The notes: generated by a model from the sequence alone, not told the origin. Numbered from the stretch's first letter, positions 1 through 13,734 are shown. The stretch is 64,000 nt of DNA from Anthoceros angustus (GCA_010909165.1 MU008172.1:434001-498000); one strand, 5' to 3'. A program made the numbers and translations.

Positions 1-86
1 CCCAAAAGCACATGGAAACACGTTGGCACCTGCTGCTCCTCTATGAAAACAAATGCTGAAGACAAATGAGGCGGGAGCGAGCATAC

Positions 87-1631
87 CTGGAAAGCTGATC
101 AGACACGTTCTGCGTAAGGAATACGCCCACCACAGAATCCACAACTGAGCCCATCCAGGGACAGAATGTATGATCCCCTGCCAGCGGAGGAGAGAAGCGT
201 AAGGACACCAGAGAGGAGGAGGAAGAGGAGGAGGAGCAGCAGGCAGAGGAAGAAACAGGATGTGAAAGTGCATACCTTGCACTTGGCCCACTCTACACAG
301 AAACACGTCCACCAAGATTTTCATTTTAGCCCTCTCTCCTTCCCATTTCCTGGACTGGATGCCGTCCTCATCGATAGCCTGGACTTTGCCCATGAGGAAA
401 TTCCAGCACTTGATCGTTTCTGCATCCAGCACAGTCTTGGCTCTGAACTTCTTCCTCTTGAGCTTGAGGTCTTGATACACGATCATGTCGGTGGCCCCGT
501 TGTGGGGTACAATTGCCAGCCTGAGCCTGCTGTCATCATCCGTGCATCCAGAGGCCTCCGTAAGCTGCGGCTGGTCCACAGCCTGAGGAGCAAGCGCCAG
601 CTGCAGATTGTGCGCAGGGGGCCTGCCAGCCTCCAGGCAGTGCTGCTGAGCCATGGCGTTGTGAGACTGGAGGTGGGCATCGTCGGGGAAGGCATTCCGC
701 ACAGCCAGTGGAGAGGGAGAGATGGGGAGGATCCAGGGCTCCGGAGAGTCCGCATTGTGGAAAGGCTGGATGCTCTCGTCCGCATTGTGGAAAGGTTGGA
801 TGCTCTCGTCCGCATTGTGGAAAGGCTGGATGCTCTCGTCCACGGTGCGGGCCGAGTGTGCGGAGCTGCGCCACACGGGACAGACCTGATTCCCTGTGCT
901 GCTGTTGGCGGCATTGCGCTGGAAGGCGTTGGCAGTAACCACGACCTGCGACCAACTTTGGTACAGCCTACAGGAGTCACAGGTGCAGGAGTGCGGGTGC
1001 CCTGGCCCCGGTGCTTGCACCGTCACAGCTGCAGCAGCAGAAGAAGAAGCAGCTTTGGCCCTGCCCCTCCTGCGCGACGGCGCTGCCTGGCCCTCTGCCT
1101 TGCCCCTTCTCTTCCTCGCAGGCTTCTCCTTTTCCACGCTGTTGTCCACGAAGTTGCGAATGCGTTGCTCTGCTGGATCCACAGTCTCCTGCTCCGCAAC
1201 AGGCTGCTGCTGCTTCCTGGGCCTGCCTTGCCTCTTCCGCGGCTTGTCCGCAGCATCCGGCTTGGGCGGCGCGGCCTTCTTCACTCGCACCTTGCGCTCC
1301 TTGAACACCTTGGGCGTGTACTTTTTCCTGGGCTTGTGCTCCGGAGTGGGCTCGCTGTTGAGATCGAAGAGGCCGGGGCCATCCGCCTTGCTCCTTCGGC
1401 TCAAGGGGACGGGGACGGTGTCGGCCAAGGGAGCCTCCTGTAGCTGCTTCTGCTGCACCTGAAAGGAAATTGGCAGCACCACCTCCAGCTCCCGTTCTGA
1501 GAGCACCACCTCCAGCTCCCGTTCTGAGAGCACCACCTCCAGCTCTCGTTCTGAGAGGACCACCTCCAGCTCCCGTTCTGAGATTTGCAAGAGGGAGGAG
1601 GTGAAGGCGGGGGCCTGGGGAGTGGGGGCCC

Positions 1632-1666
<35 letters not shown>

Positions 1667-3467
1667 TCGGGTGATTCCGGGAGAGAAGCAAGCGGCCTTC
1701 TGAGAGGTTCGCATCGCTTGTGCGGGGTGACAGGTGCCTGCAGCGGTAGCTGCCCCGGGCCTTGTGACTGTGCCTGTCCCGGCCCCGGAAATGCCGGATA
1801 GGAGGAGGCGGCATCGGGCACGGTAGAGCTGCTGCAGTCGACGGAGGTGGAAGGAGGGAAGGCAATTCTGTGCGCCTGCGCCTGCGCCTGCGCCTGCGGG
1901 GGAGGCGGAGCCGTAGTCGGAGTCGGAGGGTACTGGGTGGCTTGTACTCCGTAGGTCAAGCTCCTCCTGGCCGACGGCCTGAGAGGAGGTGTTTCCGCCG
2001 CTAGCCCATTCGGCTGGGTCCCCAAGATCGCAAACGCTTGCTCCACCATCTCCAGCGAGGAGGAGGGCCGGGCTGTAAAGCCCGGAGCTTGCTGCTGCTG
2101 CTGCTGCTGCTGCGGCGGCCAAAGGTGAAAGTGCTGCTGCAGCTGCTGCTCCTGCGGCCAAAGGCGAAACTGTTCCTGCTGCTGCTGCTGGTAAAGGAGC
2201 TGCTGCTGCTGAATGAGCTTCTGCTGAATGAGCTTCTCCTGCTGCTGCTGGTAAAGAAGCTGCTGCTGCTGCTGCTGCTGCTCGCGACAGAGCTGCTGCA
2301 CCATGGAATTCTGCGGGTAGGAGTAGAGGGAGGCAGGAGCGGGAGCAGGAGAAGGCGGGTAATTATACCAGCAGGCGGAGTCGGAGGGAGGGGGAGGCGT
2401 AGCAACAAGCGCAAGAGGAGCAGGAGGAGGAGGTGGTGGTGGGGAATCGCGAGGGAGGGGAGTGAAGGAATGAGGGGCAGGGGCAGGGCAGCGGCTATGG
2501 CTATGGCAGCAGCATCCGCACTGCGGCCGGAGCGTATGCTAGACCTGCTCATCAATCTGGGGCGTTTGCGGGAAGGGGCGGGTGACAAGTCCCGGTCCAG
2601 GTGTGACTCCGGGGGCGAGTCGTGAAGCCAGCCGAAGTTCCCGAAGTGCCCAGACTTGCTGCTCTCGGGGCTATGGGGCTGCCAGAAGCCCGGCAGCACC
2701 TGCACCTGTTCCTGCTCCTGCTCCTGCTCCTGCTCCTGCACTTGCTGCTGCGAGGCCTCTTCTTGGCGCTGCTGTTCCCGGTAATCCTGGAGGTCCCGGG
2801 AGGGAGGCGGGGTGTGGCATTGCGGGGGAGCATGGAGTGGGGGCATGTCCAGGTCCACCACCACCGACCTCTCTCCATCTGTTCCTGTTGCTGTGGTGGT
2901 GAGCATGGGGCGTTTCACCGGGAGCTTTCTCTTGCGGGGGCGGGGCTTGGGCTGGGGCTGGGGCTGTGGCGGGGTTGGCCCCTCGCTGTACAGCTCCTGC
3001 ACGCTGCGGACACGCCGGATGTCCATGGACGGCGACGCCGGGCGGTGGTGGGCGTCGGTGTCCGCCACCTTGGAGGCGCGCATGCGCATCCGCATGCGCA
3101 TGCAATTGCTGTTGCTGTTGCTCTTGCTCTTGCTGCTGCGCTCCTCTTGGCAAGGCTTCTTCCTGCTGCTGCTGTCGCTGCTGCTGCTGCTGCTGCTGTT
3201 GATTCTCCTCCTGAAGCTGCGCGCGCGGGTTCTACCCCATCTGGGCAGCGCCCGGAGGCCCTTGTCTCCCCAACTGGGCAGCGCCCGCAAGCACCTGTGG
3301 TTGCGGCTGCTGCTGCTGCTGCTGGTAGCTGCCTGGGCCTGGGCCGGGGCCGGGGCCGGGGGCCTGGCCTGGGCCTGGCGCACGGCCCGCTCCTGGAGCC
3401 TCTTGCTGCTGCGTTGGGGGGCGAGCCAGGAAGAAGACATTGTTTGAGCTTGGCCCAATGCAGGCAT
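87..3467 (-). CDS. DME: DEMETER/ROS1-like 5-methylcytosine DNA glycosylase, N-terminal part and domain A (continues off the left edge)
   Basis: The minus frame not listed in the ORF track reads ...FDLNSEPTPEHKPRKKYTPKV...LAIVPHNGATDMIVYQDLKLKRKKFRAKTVLDAETIKCWNFLMGK...KWEGERAKMKILVDVFLCRVGQVQG. A GT-AG intron follows at 275-178, then exon 177-87 reads DHTFCPWMGSVVDSVVGVFLTQNVSDQLSS, matching the DME/ROS1 domain A signature. The 5' start is uncertain: there is an ATG at 2304 in the main frame, and ORF 2001-3467 is in another frame. Confidence 0.9.
748..841 (-). repeat. 30-bp coding tandem repeat x3 (DESIQPFHNA) in the DME-like gene
   Basis: Unit gtccgcattgtggaaaggctggatgctctc is repeated three times, in frame. 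Confidence 0.95.
1476..1583 (-). repeat. 27-bp coding tandem repeat x4 (LSERELEVV) in the DME-like gene
   Basis: Unit gcaccacctccagctcccgttctgaga is repeated four times. Confidence 0.95.
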
Positions 3468-5686
3468 GCAAAGGCTGCTGCCGCTGCTGCTGCTGGTCCA
3501 ACTCCTGCTGTTGCGGGCTCCAGCCCCAGGCCAGGCTAGCCCACCGGCCAGCAGCCAGGCACCCTCTCCGCCCCGGTCGGACCACAGTCACCGGTACCAG
3601 ACCAGACCAGACCAGACCACAGGCCAGATCACACAGCCTGCTGCACCGGCCGTGCACTGTGCACTCTGCACACTGCACACTGCAGACTGCACAGTACAGG
3701 GCTGCAGTGTGCAGCGCCCCCTCTCCCTGCTTCCCTCCCTCCCTTTCCTGCCCTCCCTCTCCTCCCGTCCCGCTCTACTTATCCCGCACAGCCAGGGACC
3801 GGGACCGCGCCCTGCAGTACTACCTACCTAGGTACACCAGCTGCGTTGCAAGTTGCACCCAACGTCCATGAGAGAGAGAGAAGGGAGTGCTCGTCTGGAG
3901 TGCTCCACTCCAAGCAAACTGGGAGCACCTCCAATTCCAGGCCCAGCACATCCTACTACCATCGTCCCCGACGACTACAGACGCCACGCCACACTACTGC
4001 AGCGTGGAGGTCCAGGACCTGGGGCAGGACTCATCTCGTGAAAAGAGCACAGTGAGTGTGGAGGACTGATGGCATGAAAAGAGCACAGCCTCTGCTAGGG
4101 CGTCGCGGAGAAAGGAGAGGAAACCAGTGCCGCCGGTGCTGGTGCTGCAGAGCTGCAGAGCTGCAGTGCTGCAGTGCTGCAGCCAGCCAAGGCAACTGCA
4201 CCCATGGCTTGACACGCACTGCCGCTTAACGGCTCTTACCGTCTTTCTTCTTGGCCACATCGAATAACCTACCATTCTGGCCCGCAGTTAACCGCGGCAG
4301 ACACGGCCACAATCAAAGGCTGCATTAAATGCCCTACCCTCGTTTCCTCGTTTCTTCCTCGAGAGCTTGAGAGAGAAAGAAGGGCAGCCGGCAGCCAGGC
4401 CCAGCCGGCAGCCACACCCCACGGTGGGTCCCAACCCCAGCCCCAGCTCCAGCCCCAAGTCCCCGACCCCGAGCCCGAGCCCGACCCGGGCACCGGCCAC
4501 CGGGCCCGCGTCCGAGTCCGCTCTCATCAGCACGTCCCTTGTGTTTCTTGTGCCCATCCGACGTCCAACCCATTCAACTGACACGGAACCCATTCACAAA
4601 TCCAACCGACTCCTCCACTCCGATCACTACTCACTCACCTCCTCCCTAACGATATGCAGACCAGTAGTATTACTACAAGGCAAAGCCAAGCACCAGCCGC
4701 ATGCACGTCTGCTGAAGCACCCGCCACACTAATCTTTCTCTCTCCGTGCGGGTGATGAGCAAACGAACTGAGCAGTCGCCTCCCCCCCCCGAAAAAAAAA
4801 AACAATGCGATGGATGATCCGGTTGTAACAACCCACTCAATTCAATTCATCACTTGGACAAGACCACACCAGAATAAGACTCATGAGACCAGTCACCAGG
4901 CCAGGCCGGGCCACCGGAATCACAGCATAGCAGACCTCACCGCACCGCACCACACCGGACCAGCAGCATCACCCCTAATTTTGGAACTTGGCCTTCCTCT
5001 ACCACCATTGGCCCATTGCCAATCATCACCCAGCTGCGCCTCCTGTGCCCCTGCCCCCTCTAGAGGCCTGCATTCATATTGCACCTGCTGCTCCTTTTGA
5101 TCTCATTGTTCCGGCTACAATTAAGCCCTCCGCCTCTGGGCTCCACATTGCTGGGATGCATGTCACACCTAATCCACTCCCATTCAATGTAACTCCGCTT
5201 CCAGCCTCCCAGGGGGATCTATGTCGTGACTGCTCTTTTATTTTCCCCTCTCTTCATTTGTCCTTTCCAACTTCCACACCAACCACTTCTCCACCTCGGT
5301 ATATGGATTTGCATACATAATTCTCATAAAATTACCTATTTTTTAAGATATTCTACAAACGTCATTATAATACCTTTTCATTTAATTCATATTTTACACA
5401 TCTTCAATGAAATAATTCTTACACGTAATAAGAATAAATTAATTTAATCATAAACACTGTAAAAGGTGGACACAAGAATCTTTTCCCCAGACTGCGCAAC
5501 ACCTCGATGCTCACACTGCCTACGAGGTACCTAAGGTGAGGCTCTGAGAGGGTTGGAGAGTTGGAGTGTGTGACGAAGAGCAACAACATCCCTTCCACGT
5601 TCTCCTCCTTGTCGCTTGTTACAGTGGTGAGCGCGTGGTGATGAGAACGGGGTCATAGGCAGCCGCAAAATACCCTCCAACCCTCT

Positions 5687-5729
5687 CCGTTCCCGTTCCC
5701 GTTCCCGTTCCCGTTCCCGTTCCCGTTCC
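5687..5729. repeat. (CCCGTT)n microsatellite
   Basis: About seven perfect hexamer copies. Confidence 0.95.
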
Positions 5730-6944
5730 GATGTGCACCGACGATGAAAGCCAAAGCCGAGCCAAGGGAAGGTGCCAAGTGATGCGAGGTGCCAAGTGGC
5801 AGGCGCTACAGTGTCGTAAGTCGGACAAGCTCTTCGTCTTCATATCCACTCCCGAAGCCGAAAGCATCGGGTCCAGGTGGAGGTGGCAGGCAGTGCACGC
5901 GTGGGTCAGCCGTGGTCTGGTCACGATTCACATGCTCCACACCGACGTCTCACCACTCGCCCTTCACGCACGCACTGTCGCTGTCTGGCCCTCCTTTCCC
6001 AATTATAGATACCGCTAATCATCTCCTTTTGCCAAAGTAGCCAAATTTTTGCACCAACAAATTTAACTACTTTTTCTCCCTCCACGAATAACAAGTTAAA
6101 AAGTGGATCTTGAGATTATGCTTTCTGTACTACTGCACATATGCGTACAAGAGTTGACTTTCCAGTCATCCTTCTCATATTTTTATGCATATAGACTTCC
6201 TAAGCTTGTCCTTTGTCGTGGATGCTGAGTAGTTGATTATTCTTTGCTACTTGTATGTCATTTTGTTGTTGTTCGTTTTCTTGTTTTGATATGTTTATCC
6301 TTTTTCACTAAATAGAAATATATCTATGATTGTAATTTGTTGTAAGAATTAAGCAAAACAAACAATCTGTTGGAAGATGTGGTATGAGATGAGGTGGTAC
6401 GCACTTGGCATTCCAGTACATATTTGTTGGCGTACAAAGTGTGAGCACTGACTCATACAATCCAGGAATCTTCACATGATATCTCTAGTACAAGAAGGGG
6501 GACACAAGGTGATTGCCAAAAAGAAGTGCTAGAGTACTTGAATGTGACTTGTGGATATTTACACAAACACCCAGCAATCACAAAGCTTGTATTAGATGTT
6601 TGTGGTACAAAAGGGGGTGGGTACATGGTAATGGAAGCATCACGCAATTCAAGAGCTTGTGTAAGCGGTGTACATATGTGGTTACAGAATCCATGGCAAA
6701 CAATCCAAGAGCTTATGTCAAATGTCTGCAGTACAAAATAGGGGGGGGAGTACACTGTACATGGTAAGGAGAGAAGCCGTTATGTACATAGGTACTTCTT
6801 TTGAAAATAGGCATGAACTTTGTGTTGTCCCAATTGTCAACAATCCAAGGGCCTCTGCCTTTGTTTCTTTATTTGTTTGCAGTACACCACACGAAGAGCA
6901 CACCAAAGGTACAAAGCCCACAGCACACCAACTGTAAAAAACGC

Positions 6945-7203
6945 CAGGGACTTCCAAGAAAAAAACGGATGCTAGGGTACTTCCAAGAAAAAAACGGGTG
7001 CTAGGGTACTTCCAACAAAAATGCAGGTACTAGGGTACTTCCAACAAAAATACGAGTGCTAGGGTACTTCCAGCAAAAATAAGCATGCCAGGGTACTTCC
7101 AAGAAAAAATATGGGTGCTAGGGTACTTCCAAGAAAAATACGGGTGCTAGGCTACTTCCAAGAAAAGTACGGGTGCTAGGGTACTTTCAAGAAAAATATA
7201 GGT
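6945..7203. repeat. ~29-bp tandem array, about 9 copies
   Basis: Unit approximates ctagggtacttccaagaaaaatacgggtg. It is flanked by imperfect direct repeats tcaa(c/t)aatccaagggc...ttgtttg at ~6836 and ~7223. Confidence 0.9.
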
Positions 7204-8057
7204 GTCGTGCGCCCTTAAATTTTCAATAATCCAAGGGCTTCTACTTTTTCTCCTTTGTTTGTTTGTAGTGGTATGTACCTGTGGTGTGGTGTACTACAAA
7301 CAAACCTATATATGTACATGTGTATGTATCAAGCACGTATGTAATTGGACACAAAATAATAAGCATATCTAATAGCAATACAATTCAAAGAGTATCTAGA
7401 GTATCCTCTTTTGCTGTACACAAACGTTTATCTTAAGTGAACTAAACTGAATTGAAATAAGGCTTCGAACCCAGCCTCTACGGTCTTGTTCTCACACGGG
7501 GGCATATCGTTTTGTGTATGTCATTTTGTGGGGACAAAATCTTTGAAAAGATAGCAAACGGTCTTGTGGTCGGGAATAAGGTTGTAACATGTATTTCCAA
7601 TATTCCAAGTTCCCCAGGCCAGGTACTTTGCACATCACTTATTGGCTAATACAAGAAAAAAACTTCATACAGAAGATTGCTTTTAATTTTTCATGAATTA
7701 AGGCGGCCATCCAACATGGAACTTGGTATATGGGCAACAACTTGTACTTCTGGAACTATTCACCCAGCTATTAAATGCTAAGTCCTTTGTTTTGATCAAA
7801 TGAGTTAAATCATACTAAGCCTTAAACCATAATAAACGAAACTCAGTTTTATTTTGTATTATATGCTTGCCTTCACTTCTTGTACAAGAATATGTATCGA
7901 TTTCTACTTTCTCAAAAAGAACATACCTTCTTTTGGATGCAAATGGGCTTTCTTGGAAATGATTCACAACATTGTAAAAAAGATAAACGTATACATGCTT
8001 CTGCACATATTTTTCAATAAATTAGACTGCAATCAATTAATATTCTAATCAACTAAA

Positions 8058-11000
8058 ATGACAAAAATATTGGGATCAAGACTGTCATCAAGTTATTCAT
8101 ATCCTCATGAGCACTCTCGACATGCTATTTTCATTATATTAGCTGCATCTATTTTCTTTATTTCCACTGACAATTTGGAGAACCTTCTGTACAAGTTGGA
8201 CACCAATATTAAATGGTGGTCCATATATGCGTGTTTGTTTATGTTTTTCTACTTCTTTTCATCTCCCTTCTTGGGAAAGACTATCAAACCAAGCTATACT
8301 AACTTTAGTAGATGGTGAATACTTTAAAATTTTGTCCAAATCTGTCTTCATTATCTTCCAAATGATATTTTATCGTAATCTATAATAAAATTATGTTTGG
8401 CAGGTACATAGCGTGGCTTTTCATAGCTGCAGTTCAACATCTTCCAAGTTTCCAATCCATGGGGATGGACATTCGGATGAACCTTTCACTGTTTTTCACT
8501 TTATTTCTATCGTCTTTGCTTGTTATTCTTATCTTTCATATCATTTTTGTATCACTTTCATACATGGGTATAACTCCTGCTCAAGAAGAAAGATTTCCAG
8601 AATGGTATACAATCTTCCAGAATTGCATGGTACGTATGGATCAATCAACTGTTCCTTCATTTTCACTCGTTACAAGTTTCTTCTATAGTTGTACTGATTT
8701 TCGTTATGAATATTGCAGGTAATTAGCATAGCCTCTTGTGTCTTCTACAGTCATTGCGGCAACCGTTCGCCTCCAAAACCAAAGGAATCTGTTGACCAAT
8801 GGCTCACGAGCGATATATTTAGGAACTTGTGGCATTGGAATTCGTCATCTTTTCAAAGTACTTGGCCTCATATTCATGAAGTTAAAGAAAGAGTTTGTTT
8901 ACATTGGCTGGGACCAGTAGGATCAGCCAGAGATTATCCATTTTTTTCAAAATGGGTGCTTTATGGAGAGGTCTGTTAGCTTTCCGGAGGTATCTTGTCT
9001 TACAATGATTCTACAAGCAAATGCATATAGAAAATGCATAATGTTGAAAGCCTTTCATGAGTTACCATGTAGGTTTCAATACTACTACATTTGGAGTTTT
9101 GGCGATTGGTTTGACATACTTAATCTTTCCCTATGTATGAAACATCTTGCAGAAAGTGCGTATTGATAATAGTGTGGGGCGATCTGATAATATTTCTCCT
9201 GTTTATTCATTATGGGCAACATTGATTGGCTTATACATTGCAAATTCAGTTGTAGAATGCTCAAGTGGGTAAGTAAATAAAAGACTCACAGGTCACCACT
9301 TTGAGAAAGAACATCTCAAAGTAAGAATAACCTTGATCAATATAATCTGACTGAAGGGTATTTAGACCTGGAGCAGGTGGGAACTCACTCATCCTCTCTT
9401 TGTACACGAAGAAGATGAAGTTTTGATTAGTCCTACAAGGCCAAACTTTTTGGATATGGTACCTTGGTACTCAGGGTATGTTAATCTCTTTTATCAATTT
9501 TAATTTTATTTCATAAAAATATTAAGATAATTTGAAGGAGTTCTAATGTACCATAAAAGTAAAAGGAGTTTATGAAAAGGAATCTCTTGAATATATTTTA
9601 CACATGTGTTGCATGTGCATACTCAAGGACATCCGCAGACTTGCTTAAAACTACTTTTGATCTAGTGGTATCAGTGACTTTATTTTTAGGAAGATTCGAT
9701 ATGAGGACAATGCAGGTACTTCACGGTTTTTTTTTAAATTTTATTTCTTTGCTTATATTTCAACCTCTTGAAATAATTTTGTGCTTGAATACATGTATGA
9801 TATTAGGCGAATGTGACACAAGCACAACAATATGCGAGAGAAGACTTATTTTTACACACTCATTTCAGTGGACGAAGTGAGCTTTGGTTTGACTTCATGG
9901 CTGATACAGGAGATGGTGGAAATTCCACATATACTGTTGCTCGTTTATTAGCTCAACCATCTATTAAATTGATGAACAAAGAAAAAAAATCAGAGACATT
10001 GCCTCGAGCTCAGCTAGTTTTGCTTGGTGGAGACCTTGCGTATGTTGTCCAACTTATTTTTATAAATATGCTATGTAATATAATGATAGCATAAAACTCA
10101 AACTGCACCCTGTTTCTGGATTCAGATATCCTAATCCATCCTCATATTCTTATGAGCACCGGCTTATTCGTCCATTTGAGTATGCTTTGCAAGCGCCTTC
10201 ATGGTTCAAGAAAGAACATATTGCTGTTAAAAAGCCAGAACTTCCAACTTCTATTCAACTAATTGAAGAATATGATGGACCCCAGATTTTTGCCATACCT
10301 GGCAACCATGGTATGTATTTATATTTTCATGTTGATGTTTTGTTATCAGTTTATTCACTAAGATGATTTCTTCTAAAATATTATAATATTTTTGGTAGAT
10401 TGGTTCGATGGACTAGATACATTTATGAGATACATATGCCATAAAAATTGGCTTGGTGGTTGGTTATTACCTCAAGAAAAGAGTTATTTCGCTTTAGAGC
10501 TCCCACATGGATGGTGGGTTTTTGGTCTTGACCAAGCTCTACAAGCAGATATTGATATTATTCAATTCAAATACTTTACAGAAATTGTGAGAAACAAGGT
10601 TAGTTACATGTTCTTCTTAAACTATTTTTCTAAAATAAATGAATGAGATTAAATTTTTTGAAGAGCTTTTTTAAATGGTATCAATTGAAAGATTTTGTAC
10701 ATACAATGATTTTTTTCAATAGAAATATTAATTATTTATAAAATAGATATAATTATTTTTCACTATGACTAAACCTGTTAATCCAAGATTTCTAATAGTA
10801 TGAGGGTCTCTTTTATAGGTCAAAAAGAACGATTCTGTGATTTTTGTAACTCACGAGCCTAATTGGCTTCTAGACTGGTATTGGAACTCTGCGACAGGCA
10901 TCAATGTAGCACATCTTATACGAGATCACTTACAAGGACGATGTAGATTGAGATTAGCTGGGGATTTGCACCATTTTATGAGACACTCAGCTATTCCGTC

Positions 11001-12830
11001 GGAGGAACCAGCTCATATTGAGAATCTAATAGTAAACGGTTCTGGTGGAGCTTTCCTTCACCCGACTCACGTCTTTCAAGACTTTCGACAGTTTAATGGG
11101 TCTAATTATAAAAGAGAATCTGCATACCCTTCTATTGCGGAATCTAGAAAGGTAAACTCCTTATAAATATTATGGACCCTTGTTTGCGGAATGTATGAAT
11201 ATAGCTTGTATACATCTTCAAGATCATTTTTAGCATGTGTGTTGTACTATTTATTTTTAATCATTAAATATACAAATATATGAATAATACCACTTACAAT
11301 CATTTTATAGATTGCCTTAGGTAATATCATGAAATTTCGAAAGAAAAACTGGAGATTTGACGTATTTGGAGGAATTATATATTTCTTATTAGTTTTTTCA
11401 ATGTTACCACAAGTAGGTTGGCATTGCTTGATGAGATTTTTCCTGTTTGAGTTTTAAGCCACATAAGAATCAATCTAATTCTTTATTTGTTTTGGGGTTT
11501 AGTGCAATCTTGAGTTCATATTGGACTCAGGGTTTGTGTCCGTAAACTTTGATCAATTTATTGGAAAGATGGGTCAAGTCTTCATAAATACTATGGAGAA
11601 ATCTTATATTTCAATGGGAGGAGCAGTTGGACTATTGTTATTTGCAGTGTTCTTTGTGCCTAGAAAGGCATCCATGATAAAAAGAGTATCTATTGGATGT
11701 CTTCACGCAGGCGCACATCTTAGTGCTGCCATAACTCTGATGTTGCTACTTGAACTTGGAATAGAAACTTGTGTAGAACATAAGCTTCTCGGGACAGGCG
11801 GTAAGCTAGTATTTCAATATACTCCACTATTATGCAGTACTAACTAATGAACTATCAATATGTTTCAATAAACTTATTTTTTACGACATATTTTATAAAA
11901 AAATGTATGAGTGTTCTATAATATCGTTTACGTTTTTTATTTGAGATTTATTATTCATATTTTACAAAAGAATCACTAATCCTCCATTATACCTTGTTTT
12001 GAAGGTTTGTACCATCTTTATGAATGGTACCAGTCAAAAGAACATGTTCGTTTTCCTGATCCATATGGATTAAGAGCTCGCATCGAGTATTGGACACTTG
12101 GATTATACCCTGCGTGTATTAAATATCTTATGACTTTATTTGATGTTCCAGAGGTAACAAGGAAGAAATCAAGAATAATAATATTTAACTTTAGTATAAT
12201 TATTTAAATTTTAATATGATTAATCTAGTTCATATAAGATCACATTGATATTTCATCATTATTTTGATTGTCAAAATATATAGATGATGGCAGTAGCCAG
12301 AATCGAGATATGTGAAAAGGGATACTCTTCAGTTCCGCGCAGTATGATTCTTGTGTATTATCTCTCCATATTTCTATATTATTGGGTTTTTTCAACCCCT
12401 GTTGTTTCGTTGATATTCGGAAGCTATTTATACATAAGCATCAATTGGTTTCATTTACACTTTGATGAGGCATTTTCCTCTCTTCGAATTGCAAACTACA
12501 AGTCTTTTTGTCGATGTCATATAACAACTAAAGGGGATTTGGAAATCTACACGCTTGCAATTGATAAGGTAATATTCTAATTATATGATTGATGCTTTCT
12601 AGTAATAATACTTACATGCATACTTGTGCTAAATTTATTGTATTTAACATATGTAGGTTCCAAAAGAATGGATCCTAGATCCTTTTTGGGAGACTGAGCA
12701 AAAGCAAAACCCTAACTTACCAGAACATTTGAAAAAATTTCCTAGCCAATGGGTGCCACGTGGATTGTATAGGGAGAGAAATTGTAATGTACGAATTATA
12801 GATTACTTTGTGATTAAAAGTCTCGAGTGA
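8058..12830 (+). CDS. Membrane-anchored calcineurin-like metallophosphoesterase (At4g11800/At4g23000-like), 15 exons
   Basis: Spliced exons: 8058-8314, 8404-8629, 8719-8970, 9153-9268, 9377-9475, 9628-9715, 9807-10039, 10126-10310, 10399-10598, 10819-11151, 11311-11412, 11503-11800, 12005-12153, 12284-12568, 12657-12830. Motifs include YPHEHSRHA, DFMADTGDGG, GGDLAYP, IPGNHDWFDG, THEP, AGDLHH and GGAFLHPTH. Introns are GT-AG and no internal stops were seen. Confidence 0.93.
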
Positions 12831-13075
12831 TTTCTTAAAATTAGATTATTTAAAAAATATTTAATTATTTTAGTTAATAATTATATACTACTCTCAGAAT
12901 TGTAATTGTAAGATTGGCTCATCCATCCATTTTTTAATAAATCATTAACTCTATTTATGTATAAAAATATATGTTAAGAAAAACACAGTAATAAGATTTG
13001 GTAGTCCCTCAAGCCTTTCTTGTCTTGTCTTGACTTATCTTGTCTTGTCTTATAGTAAACAGACAATGCTTAAGC

Positions 13076-13297
13076 AAGTTTGTTTTGCTGAATATATAAA
13101 CTTACTTAATATGTGCTACATTATATTGATTGTGAATAGAGCCCCACTACAAGTTTTTTGCTGAATCTGTAAACTTGCTTAATATGTGCTACATTACATT
13201 GATTGTGAATAGAGCGCCACTACAAGTTTTTTTGCTGAATATGTAAACTTGCTTAATATGTGCTACATTACGTTGATTGTGAACAGAACGCTACTAT
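13076..13297. repeat. ~74-bp tandem repeat x3
   Basis: Unit aagttt..gctgaat..taaacttgcttaatatgtgctacatta..ttgattgtgaatagagc.ccactac. Confidence 0.9.
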
Positions 13298-13734
13298 GGA
13301 TGAGAACTCTACCTAACAAAAATAAGGGAGCTAATTAATTCCATATCATTTGGAATTACTTAGTGCATGTATGACGAAACAGATTGTCTGAAAATACTCT
13401 CTTTAAGCTCTAGGGTCGGGTCGACTGAGGAAAACAAAATCAATTGGACTTATATACATATGAAGATGATGAGGATAGTAGCTACAAATTACGATTGCCC
13501 TCAAGACCATGAGTTGCATAAAATACTGGTGAACTAGGGTTTAAAGCAGCCCCATTCCAATGACATCTATCCCATTTATGTGTGGAGCTATATAGGACAA
13601 GCACTCCACTCGAAACAATGTTGTTGTATGACATGCATGTGATAATGTAGAACGCCGATCCTACTCTACATTGGTTCGAGATTAAGAATACAACGACCCC
13701 AAATTGCGTGAGAACATTGATAACAAGGAAGTGT

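Noticed and set aside
166-1443. 425-aa plus-strand ORF and other long overlapping ORFs at 0.2-3.7 kb
   Set aside because: Antisense or alternative-frame shadows of the GC-rich, low-complexity DME coding region; no recognisable domain.
6945-7203. 29-bp array (and the 56-bp array at 61819) as CRISPR-like
   Set aside because: The units are contiguous with no unique spacers and the context is eukaryotic.
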